Source: Auanema rhodensis
Taxonomy: Eukaryota > Animalia > Nematoda
Length of the DNA stretch: 64,000 nucleotides
Assembly: GCA_964057225.1 (NCBI GenBank)
Contig: OZ059896.1
Location: forward strand, 8,184,001 to 8,248,000
Direction of reading: 5' to 3'
Made by a program: the position numbers and the translations under genes. Of the stretch, positions 13,086-26,878 are shown in pieces. The notes below the pieces were generated by a model. That model was not told the origin of the DNA, ran no database searches, and worked only from the letters and a program-made list of their open reading frames with translations. Position 1 is the stretch's first letter; the number at the start of each line of letters is the position of its first letter.

Positions 13086-16000
13086 ATGTCGCTTCTTCTC
13101 TCGGGTTGGCCAGACTCTTCAGAATCTCGTCAACGTATGTTGGAGAGCTCTTCAAGCACTAACTTCCCATCTGCGTATGCTTATCCTGAGGTAACTGTTA
13201 TTGCTTATGCTATTCAAAGTTTTTTTTATCATGTCAGCAGCTTTTGTAAGCTGATTATCTTTGTTTGAAAATCTCATCTGTGATCAAGTTAGGTTTAGAA
13301 CATTAAAGAACAAAAAACGAGACGTTTGTTAAATTTTGGTATTTCATGATCTTAGACTCTCCTATGTCCTTTCATATCGTCGTCAGCAAAAAAGAGAGAA
13401 AATGTGAAATTGAGAGATTAATGGAAGTTTTGAAAGCTTCTCAAAAATTTCGCGTAATTTGATATTATGTCTCGTGCTTCTCAATCTATTCCTATCCAAC
13501 GTTTTACGTCCGAAAGTTATCTTGAGAGTCTAATAACAAAAAACTGATCGTTGTGCCATGTAATGTAAAAACAATGGAGAACGTTTTGAGAAAAATGATT
13601 TTCAATTTTAATATTTGAAAGTTAGATATTTCTGGAAAAAAACGCGAAACAAAGAAAAAAATAGATAAATACCGTAATAATATATAAATTATTTGCAGGT
13701 CTCCAGATATCTAACACTTCGTGGATTTCTTCGACGCATTAAGAATGCCCTGATTTTAATTCTTACACCTTTGATTTTCCTTCCTTTACTTCTAAGTCCT
13801 CAACAGGTTTGTATTATTGATATTACAAAATTAAATTAAAGAGAGAATTGAAAATATTTGTGAATTTTGCTGAACAACAGTGCCAAACGCAACTTCCCAA
13901 CTCTGTTTTGCATTTCACTTTAAGAAAAGAAAAGAGATCTTCAATGATCAACTTTCTGATTCTCTGATAACATAACAGATAGAAGAACCTTTCTCCTCCC
14001 TTCAAATTCACCTTCATTAATTGTCAGTTGGCTGTTCTTTTTTCATGCCTTCAGGGATTTTCCCGAGAAAAGATAAAGATATCGAGATTGTTAAAGAATC
14101 TGATTGATCTGTCCACAATGATAAGCTTTTACAATAAATCACTAAGAAGTACCGAAACATAAAATTTGTTCTTAATGATTGTGCAAAAAAAAAGTTTTTA
14201 AGTCAAATCAATCTTTTAGCAAAACTTAAGATCAATGAGTTTCTGCAAAATGCTACTACCGTGTTAAGTATTAAGCTTTCTTTAATTAGATCCGTGACTG
14301 TTGTCTATCAGCTATTTTTTGAAATCTAGATTGCGGAAAAAAAAACTTTTTTTCAATATTTTTACAAAGTACAGTAAATCATTTTACAAATAGATGTCTG
14401 TTAAGTTCGTAAAAAATGCCAATGTTTTAAGCGATAATCTGAAAACGAAACTAGAAAAGCAAGCCTCGTTTGCTCTTAGCTGATCTCATGACGTCACACG
14501 TCCTCAAATCATTGTCAAAATCAGAACGTCTTCATCTTTCGCTATTTAGCGAACTTTATCTCATTTGAAAAGTAAAAAAAAATGCTGAAACAAAAACGAT
14601 AATGTTGATGACATGGTTGATGATAATATCTTATCACGATATATATATATAAAAAATATTTTTTAAAGTAAAGAACGTTCAAATTCAATGATTGCAAACA
14701 TTACATTTGAAAATTAAAGAAAAGCAATTTGCAAGATTGTTCAAAAAACATTTCAGCTAAAACAGATTAGTATCTTCCAAATGCTTAAAGTAAAAAATTA
14801 GTTTTTTGTTGTTTATGTAGCTGCATAATTCAAAACTTTAATTAAGATAGGAAATGAACTTGAGAAAGGAAATTAGATTGGTCTTTAAAAAAAAAGAACA
14901 ACTTCTTTAAGGATTTTATGTTGAAGTTTGAAGAAAAACTAAACATTTAAAGAAATAAAAACGAGATTAATCTGCGGAATTGCAATATCTCGTTTATGAA
15001 GTACAATTGTTTCAGAAAATAAACTTATTTTTATAATTTTATATAGTGATTATACAATAATTTTTAATTTTCTAAACAGTTATACATACAGAATTTAGAA
15101 AAATATAAATTATTTTTCTTATTTTCAGGAAATGAGATGTGCATTCTGTGTTTGTATGATTGCTGTTTATTGGATGTGTGAAGTTATGCCTTTAGCTGTT
15201 ACTGCTATGTTACCTGTTGTTCTATTTCCGTTAACAGGTGTTTTAGACTGTAATACAACAGCTAAGGAATTTATGAATGTAAGTATAATATTTATAATTA
15301 TATAATTCATTTTTTATAATTTTCATTAATCTTCAATTAAATGCAATTTTTTTCATTTTTTTTTGCTGTTAATTTTGCAAGATTGAAGTTCTTTTGTCTC
15401 TAAATCTTTTTCATTGATGAAATCCTAATTTTTGAAACTTCATTTACACTTACTGATAAGATGATAACAGCTGTTAAAACTCAACGAGCGATTTCTAGTA
15501 TTATGTGCTAAAAGTGACAAAAAATAATTGTGTTTTAACACTCAAATGATTCTCTAAATTTTGATAATCAAACAAGAAATCATTAAAAAAAATATATAAA
15601 ATTAAAAAAAAATTAATATCTAAGATATGGTTATAGTTATTACAAACATTCTACTTTTATAAATAAATTCATATTTAGGATACAAACTTCTTGTTCATTG
15701 GTGGCCTTATTATGGCAACAGCAGTAGAGAAATGTGATTTACATGAAAGAGTAGCTTTATCAGTATTAAAAATGGTTGGAGGAGAACCAAAATGGTATAA
15801 CCTTGGAGGAATATTTCAAAACTTTAAATTTTGTTTTCTTCTAGGATTATGCTTGGATTCATGGTGGTAACTGCTCTTCTTAGGTATTTACTAAAATAAA
15901 ATTATTTTCTTCAACTTATCAGCTTAACTATAAAGTTATAAATTATATATTTTCAGTATGTTTATTTCAAATACAGCTACAACAGCTATGATGGTACCAA

Positions 16001-17711
16001 TTGGACAATCAGTTATTTCTCAATTAATTGCTTCATTTGAATCTCATCCACAAAATGAGTAAGTTATTTTCAATTTCAATAAAATTAATTCTCATGAGAA
16101 ATGAAAAAAAGAAGATTTGGAAATAAATAGAAAATGGTATTGTTTGATTTGTGACGATTGATCGTCAGTTTTGAACAGATCGCACGATAAATCTCAAAGT
16201 TCCATCATGTGAGCTATTGAATACAATGATCAAGTAAATAGATTCACAAAAGAAATCTAATTATAGTTTATATAATTAAAACTTCTTCTTAGCTTATAAT
16301 AATTAAAAAGTTTGAGAAAAAAAAATTTGATAACAAATAACTTAATGAATTTTATTTTATTTTTAGTGATGCTGGACGTCGTGGATGTAAGAAAATGGCT
16401 ACTGGATTAGTTATGTCTATCTGCTTTGCTGCCAACATTGGTGGAACAGGTACTGCTACAGGAACTCCATCTAACCTTGTGATGCTTGGACAATTAACTA
16501 AGTAAGTTTTTAATAATTTATGCAAAATAACAAGTGTTTCAATGATTTTAGCCTGTTTCCCGACTCAGATGGTAGCTTGAATTATATTTCTTGGATTATC
16601 TTTGCTTGTCCTCTCATGTGTGTCTGTTTGATTGTTGCTTGGATGATTTTGTGCTTCTTCTTCTTACGATCTGCTCCAGCTAAAGATGATCATATTACTG
16701 AACTTCTTCATTCTCGTTATGATAAACTTCCCAGAATTAGGTAAGTTAATATTAAATATAAAGCTAAATAAAATGAATAATTAATAGTTATGCTGAAAAA
16801 TCCGTCTGTTATTGCTTTGGACTACTTCTCTTCCTCTGGATCTTCCGTAATCCTGGAATCTTCGAGGGATTCGGAAGCATGTTCCCTAAAGGATACTATA
16901 CCGATGCTACATCTGCTATGATTGTTTCATTTCTTTTATTTATTCTTCCTAATGAAAAGCCTGAATTATTTACTTACGTTAAGGATGATGATCTTAAAAA
17001 GGTATTATATCTAATCTAATTATATCTAAATTATATTTGAATTCTTTCAGAGATCATGCCTTATGGATTGGGCAACAATGCAAAAAACTTTCCCTTGGAG
17101 TGTAGTGTTCCTTCTTGGTGGAGGTTTCGCTTTAGCTGCTGGAGTCAAAGAATCTGGATTATCTCTTCAAATTGGAGCATCATTAGCTGAAATTAAACAT
17201 TTACCACTTTGGGTTCTTCAACTTATTACTATGGCTATAGCAATGATTATCACAAATATCTGTAGTAATACCGTAACAGCTAGTATCTTTGTTCCAATCG
17301 TAGCCACTTTGGTGAGTATTATTTTCTTACAAATCACATAATTATAATATAATTTTGAATAATTATATAATAATTTTTATTATATTCAGGCTCAACAAAC
17401 GGAAAGTCATCCATTCACTTTGATGCTTCCTGTAACATTAGCTTGTTCATTCGCCTTCGTATTACCTGTAGGAACTCCACCAAACGCTATTGTATTTGGA
17501 AGCGGAATGGTAAAAGTATCAGATATGGTGAGTGCTATATACTTATAATAATAATTTATATATTTTATTATAGGTTACTGTGGGATTGTTAGTATCAGCT
17601 GTTACTCTTTTCCTGACAATCGCATACATGAATACATTTGCTCTTCTCTTATTGCCATTGAACGAATTTCCATCTTGGGCTATAATGGAGAATGTGACAC
17701 ATGTTCTTTAA
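13086..17711 (+). CDS. nac-3: SLC13/INDY-family Na+-coupled dicarboxylate/citrate transporter, 12 exons
   Basis: Manual splicing (first exons 13086-13190, 13699-13806, 15129-15278, 15679-15794; stop TAA 17709-17711) gives [17 protein letters not shown]...[21 protein letters not shown]...[27 protein letters not shown]...[14 protein letters not shown]...[18 protein letters not shown]...[14 protein letters not shown]...[15 protein letters not shown]. It has both SNT motifs and the TPPN motif of SLC13. N-terminus and core match C. elegans NAC-3 as I recall it. All introns are GT-AG. Confidence 0.95.
15452..15469 (+). promoter_or_regulatory. Tandem GATA sites (ACTGATAAG-ATGATAACA) in nac-3 intron 3
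   Basis: Exact match to the nematode intestinal ELT-2-type consensus ACTGATAA, with a second TGATAA next to it. Further TGATAA/TTATCA sites lie in intron 2. Confidence 0.5.
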
Positions 17712-18821
17712 TTCAGAAAGTAGCATTCAGTATGCAAGCCATATCATCCGGTTTTTTCTGAGAGATCTCCAACTTAATTCTTCTCATTATTTTCATTTAT
17801 CATTTGTCATCAGTTTTCAGATTGTTTAGATTTATATTTCGGATAGATTATACCTGTTAGATTACATTACCAAATGTGACTTCCCTACTTCTAAGATTAT
17901 CTGTATACGTAATATAGCTAGATCTCTGTTGTTTTCTTTTCATTTCTATTCCATTTTTCTCTCAGTATTCTCTAGTAGATATTGCTCCTCATTCTGGTAG
18001 CACAACACAAATCTCTATGAGAAAACACCATCGGAAGACTATGATATTGGCTTCATTGTTCTAGTTTTATAATTAATTTTATTCCAAGCTCATTCAAAAA
18101 TTTGAAAATTCAATTGCCCATTCTATGAACCACTGATCAATCATATTTATTCTCATTCCATTTATATCTACCGTTCTATGTCCTCTAATTAAGATTTTGT
18201 TCCTTCGTCTCTAATTGACAAAAAAATATATCAATAACTCTTCTAAGGATTATGACTAATCTAAATAATTGAGTTTCAACTTTATTCTGCTCACAGTAAT
18301 CATTTTTTGCGGGTTCCATGCACAGAGTACGATTTATATTATCGAACTCTATACTATATCCGCCTGGAGTATAATTATTACGTTGCATATTGTACGGTTT
18401 TTGAATCTGTGTTTAATTATTGTTTTATAATATGTTATGTTCTTATCATTAATAATTTTATATTCTATACAATTAATGTTTTTTTTTCTTCTTTTTCTTT
18501 GTGTATTTTCATTTTAAAAATCTAGATATATGACACATACGAACTGATATAAGCGATATATATCGCTTTAAACCATATTTTTTTCTAAGCTGACGTTTCT
18601 ACTATTAGAATAAATGACCTAATTATCCATATATATTTTGCAAAATATTTAATTTATATAATTTACATTGATTAGTTACTTCTCCTCCTTTTTTTTCTAA
18701 ATACATGAGCTTTTGCTTCAATGCAACTATCTGAGTAACTATTTTCTTCCTGTTCCCGAAATTAGCTTCTCCTCTTTTATATGTGCTATGTGTCAATTAT
18801 GATTTCTTGAAATTCTTGAAA

Positions 18822-18827
18822 AATAAA
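18822..18827 (+). terminator. Probable poly(A) signal of nac-3 (3'UTR about 1.1 kb)
   Basis: AATAAA at the end of a T-rich region downstream of the stop, followed by a shift to A-rich sequence. Confidence 0.45.
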
Positions 18828-20033
18828 ATATTGTTTATATAATTATATGTTTCAAACAAAAAACAAAAACAAAACAGTAATTCATTAAAAAAAATATTAT
18901 TTGAAACTGTATTTTCCTATAAGTAATTTTGAAATTTATTTTCATAAATTTTTTACAATAAAAACCAAAACGTCAGTAAACATAATGTTTTTTTTAAAGA
19001 AAAAAAAGAATAATTTAATAGAAAAAAATGTTTATTTTCGTTATTTCAAAAGAAAAATGTGAAACAATTGATAATAGCTTAAGAAGAATACAATACATTC
19101 TTACATTTTTATGTATAAGATAATGAAATTGTTAAAGTATATATTAAAGAAAGAACTTATTTTGTTATGAAAGTACTTTATTTTAAATTATATTTCCAAA
19201 TATTATCATATATATACATAATATGTATATACGAAGATATTTCCATTTTATATCCAAAAATAGTTTTTAAAATCAAAACAACCGATTTGTCAGCATAAAT
19301 ATATCAAAATGAACCAATAATGTATTGAATATAAGATTTAATAATACATTTTTCTTTATTTTAGCTTAAATTCTTATGATAATGATCTTCATATTTTGTA
19401 TAAATTCTTACAATTTCTTATAGTATTCAATTGTTTGAGAAAAATTTCATGACGTAAACATTCAAAGATTCTCAAGAAAGTTGTTTGAATCTATCCTGTT
19501 TACCGGAAGTTCGAGATATGTATTTGAATTCTACTAATATATTTAGTTATAACTAATCTATTTCCGCTTTAAGCTCATTATATGCTTGTTTTTTTCTCAT
19601 AAACTTTCAATGAAATAATATCAGGAAGAAGCATTGATATATGTTTTTTTAATTTAATTATTTTCTTCAAAACCGTATGATTGCAGGTATGTTGGAAAGT
19701 TGAAGCAGTGAGAACATTTAATATATTTTTTATCATAAAATAATAATTAAAATTAATATATTATATTATATTCATTATGTTTAAGAATTAATTAATGTTT
19801 GGAACTAAGTTATTTGATCATCGTATATTCTTTTCTCATGTTGTATCGTCTTTTCAATTGTTTGGAGAAAACAAAAGTGTCCTCTCCAGGAATTTTACAG
19901 CTTTCATGTTTAAATCCAAAAAGTACAAAGTTCATCTTTATTCAAATGTTATAAATCTAAGATCAGACAGAATTGAATGAAATTATCGTTTTCCTGTTGT
20001 CTATTATTTTTGTAAAGATAATTGGCTCATATA

Positions 20034-20057
20034 AAGAAGAAGAAGAAGAAGAAGAAG
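20034..20057. repeat. (AGA)n microsatellite
   Basis: Directly visible. Confidence 0.88.
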
Positions 20058-22505
20058 TATATATTATATATTATCAAATAATTTGTTATTGAAATGTTAT
20101 TTTTACTAATTTCATATATATTAAGTTAAATTATTGTAGTTTTCATATAATTATATTTATATACTTTATTTTGAAAAGCTACTATTATATTCTTTGTCAT
20201 CATTTATCTAAAAGAAATTTTTAGGGATTTCATTTCTAAGGACTACACTATGCTTTGATACTAATTACTTTGTTTATACTTCAATTTACATATAACATTT
20301 TCTAAGACAATCCAATTTTAGGTGAATATATGAATATACTTGTTCTCATCATAGTTTTTCTTAATGTTATTCGTCTTAAACGTTAAAAAATTGCAACTAC
20401 TGCTAAGCATTTGTTTGCCTTTGATTATGATTTTCTTCGATTATTTTCCTTTTTTTCACGACACATTAAAACGTCTATTTCTTTTCATTTCAGTTACATT
20501 TTTTCTATGAACCACAGTGCTTTTCCAGGCTCCACCTTCATACCCTCTGATGTGAGTTATACAAATTCCAGACTGAAATTCTGCAGACTAAGTACCTTTT
20601 TCATTATTCACGCTAAGGTGGCACCTCCTCCTTCTAACATTTTTCTTTTTTTTTCCTTCGTTTCTTAACTCTCAGAAGCAAATACTTTTAAAGTTCTTCT
20701 ATTCAAGTCTATATACTTTAAGAACAATACATTCAGATGTAATTGTAAAATAACTAACTTTTTACTTTATGTTCAATTTCATCCATCATAAGTAGTATTC
20801 CAATATAAAACTTTTTATAATGATTTACTCAAAAGAATCGCATATTCCAAGGATTTTCTTAATAAGCAATTTCCTCAAATTCCAAGCATATATGTATATG
20901 CGAATATCTAACTATATACATAAGCTTTAAATGTCATATGTAGTTTGCCAGATAATTTCAAGTCATATGTAGTATCTATATACATATATAGATAATATTT
21001 CTCATCTGAAATTCTATTTCATTTTCAATTCTTCATCATATTCTTCTTATAATCACAATTATTTGTTTTATTCTCATTAGAAATCATAGATATCTTAGCT
21101 TTTTCATCTATGAAGTTTTGTTCGTCATTTGTGTGCAACAGATCATCTTCATCCTTATTCTTCGAATTTATTGGACTACACTATGTTAATTTGAAAAAGA
21201 ACAATGGATTCAATACTTTGAAAATGACCAATCTATAGAGAATTTCAACTAAAAACCAAAAAGCAATTATGAAAATTCAAAGAAAAATATTAGACGAACA
21301 TGATGATCATAGTATTTATATTTCTTATCCAACAACATATATTTTATTCAAAATCAAATCTTCTCTGTCTTTCTATTATTTTTTGAAAGAAATTCAAATA
21401 AATAGATGTTTCTATCAATTCAACAGAGATGATACTTTTCAGTCTCTGTCTTGTCTTTCTTATGTTATCTTTAACCCTTCTTCTTATTCTTTTTCTCTTT
21501 ATTCAGTTTCTTTTTTTAACCATTAGTTGTATCATATTCTTAGTAATACTGTTATGTATGTCTTTTAAAAAGCATTGCCTTTTCTCTTTATATGTCAAAA
21601 AAAAAAAGAAAATAACTTCTAAAGGTTTGCTTTTGAAACTTGTTAAAGCTATTCGACCTGGCGAATAATAGACAATAAGGATAAAGATTTTCCTACATAC
21701 CAATTTAACAAACTTGTTAATAATAATATTAATAATACTTATAATTATTTTAAATAATTTTTAAAACAATAGAAAACAAATATCTTCAAATCTTTACGTT
21801 TATATATACATATGTAAGTATGTATGTATGTAAGTATAAATATATAATATATTTTAATTTAAATCATATATAATAGTATAATATTAATCTATTATATTGT
21901 CTCTTTTTAACTATTATTTAATATTCCCTCATAAATAAGGAAAATTACTCAAAACTTATTCGCTAATCCATTAGCTGCTTGTTTTGGCAATGTTCGTCCT
22001 CTTGGACCACCATAACCAAAAAGCAATCATCCATGTTCGTCGTGGTTCCTATAAGAAGTCGAAGCAGACAGCATTTCTACGCCTGTCATCATCATTGTTT
22101 CAAAGATTTTCGAATAGAATATCTAATGATTATATCTATAGTTTTATAAAAAAAAATAATAATTTATAGATAACCATAAAGATCATTGATAGTTCTCCCC
22201 CCCCCCACCTTCTCCTTCTTCTTGTATATAACAATAATCTATTTGATGATGAACTACTCATCTAATCAAAATTTTATGAAGACAAGAACAAGAAAATTGA
22301 CTATAAAACAATTATTTTATTCAAATAATGTTCTATCGTTTGTTATATATTCAACTATATACATAGTATATATCTTAGAGTATATTGTATAATAAAGAAT
22401 GCGGATGCATTCATTTCCTTTGCATTATGGAATTTTATTCAATATATAAAAAAATTTTTTAACTTGTCTGCTCACACATACTTTGCCCAATAGTATACAT
22501 TGCGA

Positions 22506-22509
<4 letters not shown>

Positions 22510-22544
<35 letters not shown>

Positions 22545-22552
22545 TCTCTCTC
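22510..22552. repeat. (CT)n microsatellite
   Basis: Directly visible. Confidence 0.9.
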
Positions 22553-23513
22553 TTTCTTTCCTAAATGTTTCTTTTTAAGCTTATATTCTTGAAGCTGCTC
22601 GTAAGAAAATGGTATTTTGTAATATGAATAATCTTTTTCATCTTATTAATGCTAATTCTATATTAATTATAATTTATTAAAAAATTGTTACGTATATTGT
22701 ATTTTGAAATAATTCTTTCAATAATTATTGCTTTTCAATCCTTTTTTAAACAGAAACAATGCTTCTTTCTACATTTCCTAGTTACTCTTCTTTAATTTCT
22801 ATTGCCTTCTTTTTTGTGCTGATCTTTCATTTTCTTGTTATTGGAGCCGAACAATTGCTTTTGGTTTGGCTAGGTTCTTCCAAATAGATTACGTGCAACC
22901 TGGTCTGTTTTGCGAAAAAAATAAACCGCTATAGGTAAGAATAAGGTTTCCAGAGAAGTATGATGAAAAGGGATAGCCAAAAAGGTATACAAGCTGGAAA
23001 GAAGCGCGTGGGAACGAGAGTGGGGACCACTAAACGGAAAAAAAAGGAGAGAATAAGAGAAAAAGGTTAAAGAGAGAAAGCCAACTTCAAAATACCTTAA
23101 AAGGTAAAAAAAGAGAAAGAGGGGGAAGGGAGGTTAAGAAAAACTAAAAAATGGACACTGCCTCAAGGAAGTTTGCTATAGAATGAAAGGCTTTTCATAT
23201 GAAAAGCAAGTTATTCATGTTTTTTTTTCATCTGCCTAGTCTTTCTTTTTTTTCTGAAAAAGAAAATGTAGGAAGGTGTTTTAACCTACTTTATTGCGTC
23301 AATTCTTCATCTCAACTTATAATGTAATCTGTTTTTGAGAGCCCGTATATTATTTCTCACCTAATGTCCAAAACTCACAAATTTTGTATGTGAATTAGCC
23401 TATGTAATATTGTTTTTATAATTTATTTCAAAGATAATAGATCGTCTTATTTTGTATTTTTTGTTAGAAAATGAGCGGAATAATCATTTTATCACCATAA
23501 TTTCAGAAAAAAA

Positions 23514-26500
23514 ATGCTATATCGTTCATCATATTCGTTTTTATTAATAACGCTGTTAATATTTATTCTATGTACTTGTCGTGTGTATGGCCATTGTGAG
23601 TTAACCTATAATATAATATAATATACTATATATATATACATAAATATTTCAACAAAACAATTTTTTTGTTAACATTCTTTATGCTAATTTAATTTTTTGC
23701 ATACGTACGTGGTCGAAAATGACGTTAATATCATTTCATAAGCTTGTAAACGTCCAAACGGTTGTGCTGTTTAGGATTATTATTCAAAATATTATTTTTT
23801 AATTTAATTAAAACATAAGTATAATTCAATATTTAGAATTAAATTAATTCTATATTAATACAGATATCTTGTTTTTCTAACTATTTTTTCATAAAACTAT
23901 TTTAGATAATGATTCATCTTCTATTTTACAAACCATTTTCCAAGACTATGACAAGCGAGTTCTTCCTAATAATGATGGTCCAGTTCTTATAAACATGTCA
24001 ATTGTGTTAGGAATACTCATTGAACTTGTAAGTAAAACTAATCTAAAATTAGAAAAAATAATTACAAACAACTATGTTCTACACACACCTCTACACATGA
24101 AAATTATAAAAAATTAATTTGATATCAATCGCTTCCTTCCAAAGCTCATCTAATGAATTTCGTAGAAAAAAATTATTTTAAGAAAAACTCAAAATTTCTG
24201 ATTAAAGGCACATATGATTTTTTCATAGCTTTCAAGCCTAAGAAAGCTTATTTTGAATATTGGTATCAGTAAAACGACAAACATTGCATGTCTAGAATTA
24301 ATATTACTGTGGGGTACTGTTATCTTTAATTATAATATACATAAATACAAATGATTATACATATAGTAGAACATATTACTAATATATAATTGTATAATCA
24401 TTGTTTATATTCTCACCGTTTTTCAGTTCAATTTTGCAGAAATTTGTTTTTTTTTGCTGCAAATTTTGGACAATTCAGGGATAACTCAATTCAGAAGATC
24501 TTTTGACCATGAATAGATAGATCTTCTTATATTTTCTATTTACGTTATTTTTTTTTATTTCAGAGGGAAAATCAACAATTGGCAAGTTACGTTATTTCTC
24601 ACACACAACGATGGAAAGATCGCCGATTATCCTGGGATCCGAGCAATTTTGACGGACAATCTGAGGTAGCAAAACTTCCGAATTCAATACTAGAATGAGA
24701 AAATGAGAACATTTTCAAATAATTTTTTTTTGATTTTTGACGTGCTTGATTTATGAATGGAAATACGTGAAATTGAAATTGAGGAACTTCATATTTGATA
24801 TATACTTGTCAATTTTATTTTATTTAATGAATATTTTATTTCTTTTTTTAGGTAATTGTACCACAATCAATGGTTTGGATTCCAAAACTATTTGTATATA
24901 ACAGGTTTATAACAATTATATAAGAATATTAAATATTTTAATCGTTTAGTGTTGAAACAAAAGAAATGCTCACACCAAATCGTGCGGATGTTCGATTACA
25001 TTCTGATGGAAATATCAAAATAAATATTCCACAATATGTATCAGCTATATGTCGAATAGAAACACAAGCATTTCCTTTTGATTATCAAGTTGATATCTAA
25101 AATCTAAAATATAATAATATTAATTTAAATTATTTTAGTTTTGTGCTGTAGCATTAGCTTCACCGTTATTAAATATAAATGAAATGATAGTTGATGCTAC
25201 ACGGCCACCAAAAGATTCTTATTTCACTGTAAGTTAAAACTAAACAATTTACTTGAAAAACTATCAAAAGATATTTCTTGTTTTTATATAAAAATGTATT
25301 GTTAAGGGTAATGCTGAATGGAATCTGTTCAATGTATCTGTAAAACATTTAACCTTTGTTGAAGAAGGAGAATCCCGTGTGGAGGTAATTATTTTCAAGT
25401 TCTTCAATGTATAGTATACATATATCAAAAAGTTCAATACTATAACATCTGCTTTTGATTAAAACTATTTGTATAAAAATATATTTTATTTTAATTTATA
25501 ATAATTCTCTGAAGAATAAAATAATATTTTACAGATTCATTATATTTTTCATTTACAACGTCGTCCAATTTATTATATTACCGTTATTGTTGCTCCAACG
25601 TTTCTCATATCAGCTCTGTCAATTTTGGGAATTTTCTCCCCTGGTAATTCAGATGGCCCACGAAATGAGAAGGTTTGTTTCCTATATGACTTTAATAAGA
25701 AAGAACTTAATATTTCAAAGATGCTTTATTATTTTGCTGATTCATAGAATTCTGTTAGAAAATAAGCTTTCTTGAGCAAAGTTTAGTTTATTATTTTATT
25801 TTCAACCAAATACTATTTTTATTTCAAATAAAAAGGAAACAATGGTATATTATATTATAAATTATAATAAATAATTTGAAATAAGCATGTATTTCACTGT
25901 ATTTCATTTTAGGGAGGAAATGAGAACGTAAGGAAACTTTTGAGTTGCTTTAGCTTTTTTTTAAATTTATTTTCTTTTTTTTAACAAATTTTTTTAACAA
26001 TTTCTTATGTTTTTATTATTATAGTTTTAACAATATATAAAGCTTGGGAATGCTTGTTAGTTAATGAAACTAACACATTGTTTTCATTTAATTTAATAAA
26101 AATTTTGTATTTTTAGGTTTCGCTCGGATTAGGTAGTTTATTGGCTATGACGGTTTTGTTGGGAATTGTAGCTGGAGCAATGCCAAAGAGTAACTCAATT
26201 CCTCTTTTAGGTATCAGTATGCACAATTCGTTTTTGAAATTGAATATGCTATTTCAGGTTATTATATTTTGATTGTGATATGTTTATGTGCTATTGCTGT
26301 AAGTATTTCTATGGCATTTTTAGCTGTAAGCAAACAGTATATAGAAAAAGGTAATGAAGACAATTTTTTAAAAGTACTATATATGATTTCATTAGGTGAA
26401 CTGCCCTCTAAGCGGACTATGAAAATTTTATTAATGGAAGATTCTCGTATACGACGACGAGCAACCATGTATAGAGCTCGAGCTCAACATCAATACGTGT

Positions 26501-26878
26501 ATGCCAATGAAAATATGCCGTATGTTCTTTTGAAAAAAAAAATATAAAAATTTATTTTTCTTTTGTTTAAGAAAATCTTCTGTTTTACCTGAATTATCAG
26601 CGATGTGTAATATGCTAGAAGAAATAGCGGAAACTCATCGAAGCATTCGTCGACGAAGTGAATTCAAAGGTCATAGAAAGCTTGTGAGTACTAAACGACA
26701 TTCTTATCGTTTTAAGATATTTTTTCTATTTTAGGTGGAACAGGAGTGGGCTCGAGTTTTTCAGCGTTTCGACTATTTTTTCTTATTTTTCTTTGAAGTT
26801 TTAAATTTGGTTGCATTAGGGATTTTTGTACGTGTTGCTTGGGATCCCGTACCCGAATTGCGTGAACAGATACTTTAA
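23514..26878 (+). CDS. Cys-loop ligand-gated ion channel subunit (nematode orphan lgc type, non-alpha, predicted cation-selective), 12 exons
   Basis: Signal peptide MLYRSSYSFLLITLLIFILCTCRVYG, then YDKRVLP, WKDRRLSWDP, VWIPKLFVYNS and Cys-loop CRIETQAFPFDYQFC. M1 begins RRPIYYITVIVAP; M2 is RNEKVSLGLGSLLAMTVLL; M3 follows SIPLLGYY; M4 is EWARVFQRFDYFFLFFF. Stop TAA 26876-26878, AATAAA at 26923. Confidence 0.93.
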
